From NCBI GenBank assembly GCA_002269645.1, contig NIVC01001232.1:1-64000 (forward strand): a stretch of DNA of 64,000 nucleotides, given 5' to 3'. Made by a program: the position numbers and the translations under genes. Every line of letters starts with the position of its first letter. The stretch's first letter is position 1. Source of the stretch: Macrostomum lignano (lineage: Eukaryota). The notes below the pieces were generated by a model. The model did no database searches. It had not been told where the DNA came from and saw only the letters and a program-made list of their open reading frames with translations. Positions 56,681-64,000 of the stretch are shown in pieces.

Positions 56681-59438
56681 ATGGCAGCTGCAATGCAAAA
56701 AACTACCTCCAAGTCATACAAGTGCACCATTTTGATCATCGGGTTCGTAGCTTACCTGATAGCCGACAGCTCTTACAACATCAGCGGGCTGTTCTATGCC
56801 GCCCACCTGGAGGCTTTTCCGCAGCAGACTGGCCTGCTCGCCGTCGTCTACGGCATGACCTATGGCGCCGGCCAGCTCATGTCGCCGCTCATGGCGCTGC
56901 TGCTGCGCTCTCAGGGCGAGAAGCGAGTCGCCGTCGGCAGCTCGGTCTGCATGTTCGCCGGCTATGCGATCAGCTACTTTGCCTCTGATGCCCGCCTGCT
57001 GTTGCCCACCTTCGGCCTGATGGTGCCGCTGGCCGCGGAGGGCCTGTACTTCTTCCCCATGACGCTGCTGGCGCACAACTTCGATGGGCGACTCACCTTG
57101 GCCAGCGGAGTCGTTGCCAGCGGTTGCGGCGCCGGTCTGCTCATGTCGGCTCCAATCACGCAGCTGCTCATCGGCAGCCTCACTTGGCGTGGCGCCGCAC
57201 TCGTGCTGGGCGCAGCGGCGCTGAACGCAGGCGCGCTGGCGCTGCTGATCCGGCCGAGGGTGCCAGCGAGTCGCGACCTACCATTGGAGGAGGTGCCATT
57301 GGAGGTGGCGTTGGAGGCCGGCAAAGGCGAGGACAACGCGGCCGCGGCAGGTCGAGGCCGACTCGCTCGGACGGTGGAACTGCTGCGGATCTGCGGTCCG
57401 GATACAGCGTTATTCTACTTTGCTGCTCTTCTTCAGGCAAGAGACAGGACTAAAGCTTTCAACTGTTTCAACTGATGCTTTGACCTTGAACGTGCATTCT
57501 AGGTGGTGTCTGACGCAGTTAGCCTGATAATACATGAACATGTATATATTGCACTAGTTTTCTATGCCGCATTGATTTCAAACTGTTCCAACAGACATTC
57601 AGCATGGTGACGGCCATCAACTTCGTCCCCGTGATGGCCAGCGAGCTCTCCGTCCCAGAGTCCCGCATCGCCCTGTACCCAGCCGGCTACGGTGCCGCCT
57701 TCACTATTGGCAACCTGGCCTTTGGCTACCTGGGAACCCGGCTGGAGCCGTTCCTGGTCGACTCGGCCAGTCTGTTTGTCTCCGCCGTTCTGACTGGCAT
57801 CCTGCCAGCGTGCGTGCGGGTCTCCGAGGCGCTGGGCCTGGCCGTTTACTGCGGCATGGGCGCCTGTCAGGTAAGAAGTGTTGTGGTACAGCAACCGAAT
57901 TTTACAGGCGTAGGGTAAACTGGGTTAATTTTGACCACCGGTTAAGGCCCGTTAACTGGAACTGATTAGTTGATAATTAATTAGATTCGTCAGGTTATAC
58001 CGACGCAGATGGTGCGAATGAGAACAGCTAAAGGAACAGGGGGGGTCTTTCTCGAAAGCAACTTACGATCGACCATAGACGTAAGTTGGGTAAGCTACAC
58101 TTACGGGTTGCTCGAAGGGCTCGCAAGTTAGCTATGCGTAAGATTGATCGCAACTTTACGAGTTCGTAACTTTGCGCAAAAGACTGTTTCTCGAAACGTT
58201 CGTATGTCTATGGTCTTTCGTAAGGTTGATCTTAACCCTACGACTGCTCGGTATCAATCGTAAGACGCACATAAGCACTAATCGCATAGTACGTGAAGCT
58301 TTAGTCAAGCCAAGTCAAGTTAAACTTTATCGAAGGGTCTTTCTCGAAAGAAACTTACGATAGACTAAGTAAAGATATTTGCAGATTTATGACCATAGAC
58401 ATGCAACTTTTCGTTTCAGATACGACTTACGAACAGCGTAAGCCACGCAAAGTCTAAGTGAGTTTTGAGAAAGCGTCTTACGACTGAACTTACGCTACAC
58501 GTAAATTTCTTTCTTACGATCTAACTTACCATAGAACTTACGTGAGTTTTGAGAAACACCCCCTGAGGGCAGAATGGAAATTAAGCAAAATGATGGGTGA
58601 GAAGTGATCGCCAAGGCCAGCGCTAGGAGCACTTATGTACAGCAAGGTATTACAATTTTGTTTTTGTTGATCTCCGAAAGTTGCATGAGTCGCAAATTCA
58701 ATAAAATCCAAAATCTTACGCTTGAAAGCACTTGGCACTTTCCATTAGACTCTCGTTGCATTTTTTCGATTAGCCATTTCTATAGTTTAGATTGACGTTA
58801 AAATTACATTCGTAACAAACTTGACCCTGCAGGGCGGCCGGTACGCACTGATGGTCAGCCTGATCAAGCTTGCGGTCGGCCTGCAGCACTACGAGATCTG
58901 CACTGGACTCTACGTGGCCATGTTCTTTTTCGGCTCGTTTCCTGCGCCCTTTCTCGGTCAGTGGCTGCGCAGACAGCACGGCGACTATTCGGCAGCGTTC
59001 CAACTGGCTTCAGGGGCGTTCGCAGCCGCGGGACTGGCCACCCTGGCCGCCTGGGCGTTGCAGCCGCGACGCCGTTGGCGGCAAGGACGGCGCGAACTGC
59101 AGAGTCTGGCCGATGCGGATGCGAATGCGGATGCGAATGCAGATGCGGATGCGGAAGCGGATGCGGATGCGAATGCGGATGCGAATGCAGATGCGGATGC
59201 GGATGCGGATGCGGATGCGGATGCGAATGCGGATGCGGATGCGAATGCGGATGCGAATGCGGATGCAAATGCGGATGCGAATGCGGATGCGGATGCGGAT
59301 GCGGATGCGGATGCAAATGCGGATGCAAATGCGGATGCGAATGCGAATGCGGATGCGAATGCGGATGCGGATGCGGATGCAAATGCGGATGGAGACTTCA
59401 GGTCACTGTTTTTCTGCAAAGATGCTCATCCGACGTAA
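56681..59438 (+). CDS. MFS transporter (SLC16/monocarboxylate-transporter-like), 3 exons: 56681-57436, 57595-57870, 58833-59438; 545 aa
   Basis: 12-TM-like pattern, [20 protein letters not shown] (MFS motif A-like), [13 protein letters not shown]. Intron 1 is CAG|GCAAGA...ccaacag (GC-AG); intron 2 is GT-AG. Confidence 0.85.
58037..58565. mobile_element. MITE-like element in MFS intron 2 (TIR CAGGGGG..T[C/G]TTTCTC[G/A]AAA, internal repeated CTTACG/CGTAAG and TTCTCGAAA motifs)
   Basis: Imperfect terminal inverted repeats; no TSD found. Confidence 0.6.
59109..59390 (+). repeat. Hexanucleotide repeat (GCGGAT/GCGAAT/GCAGAT)x47, in frame in MFS exon 3 = (Ala-Asp/Asn)47
   Basis: 282 nt, in frame, followed by [15 protein letters not shown]. 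Confidence 0.9.
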
Positions 59439-60290
59439 AGTACGGTTGCCTAAAGTTTTGTCATACTAGTTGAAATAGAAAGTAATTTAGCCAAGAAAGA
59501 TCAGCATTATTTCTGAGTTAAAAACAAGATTTCGCCACTTGTGTATATTGTTTATATTTATTATCTGCAGACGTGCAGTAGAGTAACACTGCTTTCTTAC
59601 GCTGGAAATTATTTGAGTGTAACGCAGTCGTATGCTAATATTTCCTTATTTTAGTCCATTATTGCAATCACTGAAGCCTGCATGAAGGTGCTGATTTACC
59701 CACCGATTTAATGACAATCAGTTTGCGATATTTCTACTTCAGCTATAGAACTTCTGCTTGAGCAATATCGATCGCTGTAATCGAACTCCTGCCCAAAAAA
59801 TGTACGTTTTCGTGGGCCTTTAACTTTCGTCACACGCCGTTAATCAAGCACCTATATTAATTCGTAACAAGCGGTGTTCGTATACAGGGCTACGTGTACC
59901 TTCTGCACAGTTTTCAATGCCGAACTGCATCACTAGTAAGAGAAAGAGCAAAAACGACTTCTGTAACTGCTGGACTAAAATAGTAACAGAAAAGGGGGCG
60001 AACTGTGAATAAAAATTCAGGAGATAAAACAGAATTAAGTCAGGTATTTCCATGCTGCCCTTCTGCACACACGCTGGACAAAAAATCTACACAGGCTTAA
60101 TCTGAAAAAGTTAGATTTAAATTTTCACCTTTCCCAATTGGGCCAGAAGTGCAACCGACAGCTCAGCCGTAGCTATTGCGCGGCGCATCTGAAGGCTGCG
60201 TACGGCTGTTCAGTCCATGGACTGGGGGGTCGCCACACACACAGCCTCAATTACCCCAGCTTATGCTGGCCCCAATTTTTCACCTTTAAC

Positions 60291-60727
60291 ATGCTTTGAA
60301 CTTGAACGAGCACTCATTCAGGAAACATCTAAGTTGTGCCTAGATTGTGCTTAGGTTGTGCCTTGTCTGGGATATATATTTATTGGGGCAGAAGCCCTAG
60401 TTTGATATTCTGTATTGATTTTTAACTGTTAGGGTTAGAGTTAGGGTTAAGGTTAGGGTTCAGCATGGTGACAGCCATCAACTTCGTCCCCGTGATGGCC
60501 AGCGAGCTATCCGTGCCAGAGTCCCGCATCGCCCTGTACCCAGCCGGCTACGGTGCCGCCTTCACCGTGGGCAACCTGGCCTTTGGCTACCTGGGAACCC
60601 GCAGCCGCTCCTGGTCGACTCGGCCAGTCTGCTTGTATCCACCGTTCTGACTTGCGTCCTGCCAGCGTGCGTGCGGATCTCCGAGGCGCTGGGCCTGGCC
60701 GTTTACTGCGGCATGGACGCCTGTCAG
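60291..60727 (+). pseudogene. Duplicated fragment of the MFS gene (end of intron 1 + exon 2; source ~57475-57870), inactivated
   Basis: Exon copy roughly 90-95% identical, with a net 4-nt deletion near 60600, lost donor (CAG|TTTGAG) and acceptor replaced by telomeric repeats. Confidence 0.9.
60429..60460 (+). repeat. Short interstitial telomeric repeat (TTAGGG TTAGAG TTAGGG TTAAGG TTAGGG TT)
   Basis: Direct reading. Confidence 0.85.
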
Positions 60728-62468
60728 TTTGAGCTGATTGATTGATTTCAACCTGTGATGCTAGAGACAGATGTGATTTATATATGTGTGGCTAATTGTG
60801 GATGTTTATTTATTTTGGGCTCGAATTGATCTGGAATCATTGGAGGCCTTAAAGGTCGATTGCGCGTTAGTTTACCCAGAATAGATCAGAATGGGGTGTC
60901 AATTTAGTTCAAAACAGAACAGCGTACTTTATTCGATGGGTCTGGAGATCCATGGGTCTCCAGCTTCGATGGGTCTCCAGCTTCGATGGGTCTCCAGCTT
61001 GGGTCTGGAGAGCTGTTCTTTTGGCTTCCTTTCGGCAGTATGGTCTTCTGTTATTTCAAGATTCTACCCTCATCGCCGATCCAATAGTCGGGTTGGACAG
61101 AGAAACTAAGCCATTCTAGAACTACGAGTAGGTTTACATGCCTCCGATCCTCATGCTATTTACCGTAGTACTTGGTACTAGAAGTTGGAGAATTTGGCAT
61201 TGAAAATGACTTCTTTTCTCGCGAATATAGACGTAAAGTAGCATCATTAGTGCTTAGTAGTACTGGGAGCTTACCTTACAAACTGTTTACTGAGCGCAAA
61301 CAAAACGAAAGCAAATATAGTAAAGTAAAAAATACGAGCTAGTTTGGACGTCAGCGTCAGCTGGAAGTTCGGACTTGCTGCACTTGTGAATTACAGCAGC
61401 TCAGCTAATGGCATGGCTCACTTGTTGCAACCTGCTTCATATTCAGGAGAATCAAGTAACAGATATTCGACAGTTTATAATACATCTCATTCGACATTTA
61501 CAGCAAGCGCAACTGTAGGGCGTTCGGCACGCTCTGATAGCCGGTCTACTGAACATTGCCTTCGGTCTGGGCCACTACGAGCTCGTCGAGATCTGTGCCA
61601 GGTTGTACTTTTCCATCGTCTTCTTTGGCGTCTTCCCGGCGCCCAACTCAGTTGGCCATTGGCCGCATCAATGGTAGTAGCGTTTCATCTGGTGTCTTGG
61701 GCGATGACCGCGGCGCAATAGACGAGAACTGCAGTTGAGAACGTTTGATGTCGCCAAGTGAGCTGCAAAATCTGGTCTGTTCCTGAGCAGTTTCATTGTA
61801 CTACGCGCATTTTTGTAAAGCACGGGATGCACTCTCGATTATCAAGTTTAAAAACAGATCTAGATTTTATCATTTGAGCTCTCGACGTTTAGAACCAAAA
61901 CAAAACATCACACAAAATGTTGCTTTCATCATTGAGCTAGATCATTGAGCAAGCCTTGTTTTAGAATAGAATAGGTCAGCGATAAGATCAACAAAACATT
62001 AAACTAAGAGTGCTGGAAAACTGCAAGTATTGCTCTAGTTTTACTAAGGAGATTAATTTATAAAAGCAAAACAGGCAAATGAGAACCCGTTATCGCTAAA
62101 AAGTGGCTCGACGTGCCACCGCCTGTTACATACTCGTAGAAGCCAAAACGTACTTTGCGGTCGAATGGACGGCATTGCAAGTGTCAGTGGTCACATGCAG
62201 CCTAGCCAAAGTTCATTATATAGGTGTGGTCAGGCGAGTGTACAGGCCTTCTAATTGTACGCCTCGTCTCTACCCCAAGTTGCCCCAAGATTAGAGTTAA
62301 GAGATTCACCTGGTGATGAGCTGTCACTGAGCGCTGGCAGAGTGTGCGGCATATTTTACGCACAGACTGCGATCCGACTGGCTACATTTTGCTTCGCCCT
62401 CAGGCTCAAGCAGATCTCTTTGCTGTATTACTCGGAATCGCTGAATGTCACTCCTCCACTAGCTGAGC

Positions 62469-63875
62469 ATGGCTAGCAACATGAGCAACGTCACAGAGGA
62501 GGTGACGAGGCTGCACCTGGTGGACCCGCTGACTGGTCTACGCAGAATGCTCTACCTGGTGACGCCGTGGGAGTCCAGCGCTCCGGAGGTGGACAAAGTA
62601 CCCAAATTTGTTGACGAAGCCATCCCGTACTTTCTGCTGCTCATATTTATCGAATATATAATCCTGGTGTGCAAGGGCCGCAGAAAGGCCATTCCTCTTA
62701 ACGACAGCATTGGCTCAGTCAGCGGCGGCTTGATCTCCCAGCTGCCACTGCTGCTGGCGCGCAGCATCGAGGTGTCCAGCTACATCTGGGTGTACGATCA
62801 CTGGCGCATTGCTGACGTACCCTCGGACTCGGCCTGGGCTTGGCTGGCCGCCCTGGTCGGGGTGGACTTCTGCTACTACTGGGTGCACAGAACCGCGCAC
62901 GAGGTGAACTTGTTCTGGTCTGGCCACCAGATGCATCACAGCTCGGAGCGGTACAACCTCACCACTGCGCTGCGCCAATCCGTGCTACAGCGTTACTTTA
63001 GCTGGTTTATCTACCTACCACTGGCTCTGGTGCTGCCGCCATCTCTGTTTGCCGTGCACATCCAGTTCAACCTGCTGTACCAGTTCTGGATCCATACCGA
63101 AGTGATCAAGAAGCTGCCTGCGCCCATCGAGTACGTGATGAACACGCCGTCGCATCACCGAGTCCACCACGGACGCAATGCCTACTGTATTGACAAGAAC
63201 TATGGCGGCACTTTCATTCTGTTTGACCGGATTTTCGGCACTTTTCAGGCTGAGAAGGACGACGAGCCGCCTGTGTACGGCCTCATCCATCCGGTGAACA
63301 CCTTTGACCCCATAGAGCTGCAGTTGTTCCATCTGAAATACGTGCTCGGCCTGTGGCGCCAGCACAGCAACTGGACGGACAGATTCCGCGCCTTCTTCTA
63401 CGGACCCGGCTGGCAGCCAGGGACACCTCGGCTCGGCACTGACGATTTCCCGGAAATCGAAAACCCGGTGCAGTATCACAATCCCCAGGTGCCCGTCTGG
63501 GTGACTGCCTACGCCACCCTGCACTTCTTCGCTATCCACGTTGTCTACATCTACCTGGCTAGCAACCGGCAGAGCCTGTCTGTGCCGGCCGTGGCTGTCA
63601 GCTGTGCGCTGATCCTCCTCACCCTGTACTCCATCGGCCGCCTGATTGACGGCTTCCCCCGCTCGGCCGCCGCCATCGAGCTGATGCGCTGCATCGTTGT
63701 GACTACTCTGTGCGTCGCCCTGCACAGCCGGCAGCCGCCAAGCTGGCTGACTGGCCTTGCTCAGGGCCTGCACCTGCTGTCCTCCGGTCTTTGGCTCTAC
63801 ATGCGAAGCCGAGATCGGAAGCAGCAAAAGGAGCGGTTAAGCATGTCAAAGAAGAATTCGGCCAAAGTGGAATGA
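62469..63875 (+). CDS. AGMO: Alkylglycerol monooxygenase (TMEM195), intronless, 468 aa
   Basis: His boxes YYWVHRTAH, HQMHHSSE, HHRVHHGRN; NLTTALRQS; DKNYGGTFILFDRIFGTF; C-terminal TM region. Confidence 0.96.
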   Translation: MASNMSNVTEEVTRLHLVDPLTGLRRMLYLVTPWESSAPEVDKVPKFVDEAIPYFLLLIFIEYIILVCKGRRKAIPLNDSIGSVSGGLISQLPLLLARSIEVSSYIWVYDHWRIADVPSDSAWAWLAALVGVDFCYYWVHRTAHEVNLFWSGHQMHHSSERYNLTTALRQSVLQRYFSWFIYLPLALVLPPSLFAVHIQFNLLYQFWIHTEVIKKLPAPIEYVMNTPSHHRVHHGRNAYCIDKNYGGTFILFDRIFGTFQAEKDDEPPVYGLIHPVNTFDPIELQLFHLKYVLGLWRQHSNWTDRFRAFFYGPGWQPGTPRLGTDDFPEIENPVQYHNPQVPVWVTAYATLHFFAIHVVYIYLASNRQSLSVPAVAVSCALILLTLYSIGRLIDGFPRSAAAIELMRCIVVTTLCVALHSRQPPSWLTGLAQGLHLLSSGLWLYMRSRDRKQQKERLSMSKKNSAKVE

Positions 63876-64000
63876 TTTTGCGCCGAGAAAAATCCAACAT
63901 TTCGGATTTAAGATTTAGAATTTTCTGCTTGATTTTCAACTTTAATGAATTCTCATGCTTTAATCTGCCAAATTATCATATAAAAATCAGTTTTGACTGT

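Noticed and set aside
58864-59473. His-Pro, Met-Arg, Cys-Gly and Ala-Ser repeat ORFs
   Set aside because: Alternative frames of the same hexamer repeat; only the Ala-Asp frame is continuous with the transporter exon.
30234-60225. Palindrome AGTCCATGGACT occurring at ~30237 and ~60213
   Set aside because: 12-bp match without extended flanking homology; cannot be distinguished from chance or an unrecognised TE end.
61330-61790. Moderately GC-rich stretch with short ORFs upstream of AGMO
   Set aside because: No frame gives a recognisable or splice-consistent product.

Overview
Eukaryotic (invertebrate metazoan) genomic DNA with GT-AG introns. The GC-rich coding sequence, minisatellite-filled introns and TTAGGG repeat are reminiscent of the flatworm Macrostomum, but that assignment is inference only. 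Left third: the 5' part of a neurofibromin (NF1) gene on the minus strand (14 supported exons plus 1 candidate, running off the left edge before the GAP domain). Most of its introns hold their own tandem repeat, and intron 1 holds a ~770-bp foldback element with a 9-bp TSD. The last two visible NF1 exons carry about five 1-nt homopolymer deletions, probably consensus errors. 23-30 kb: a decayed RTE-like LINE joined to a decayed Mag-like Gypsy element, then an N-gap, an unresolved coding-like region and a hAT-type MITE. Then a 4-exon DLST gene, with a Merlin remnant in intron 1 and a 93-bp copy of its own exon 2 inside an intron-3 minisatellite. Next come a young full-length BEL/Pao LTR element with an internal integrase deletion, a 4-exon WD40-like gene and an intronless divergent TRPV-like channel. 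These are followed by a 3-exon MFS (SLC16-like) transporter with a GC-AG intron and a 94-aa (Ala-Asp/Asn)n tail, a dead duplicate of its exon 2 whose acceptor was replaced by telomeric repeats, and an intronless AGMO. No rRNA, tRNA or CRISPR seen. Exon structures were inferred by eye from splice motifs, reading phase and remembered homologues, not by database search.
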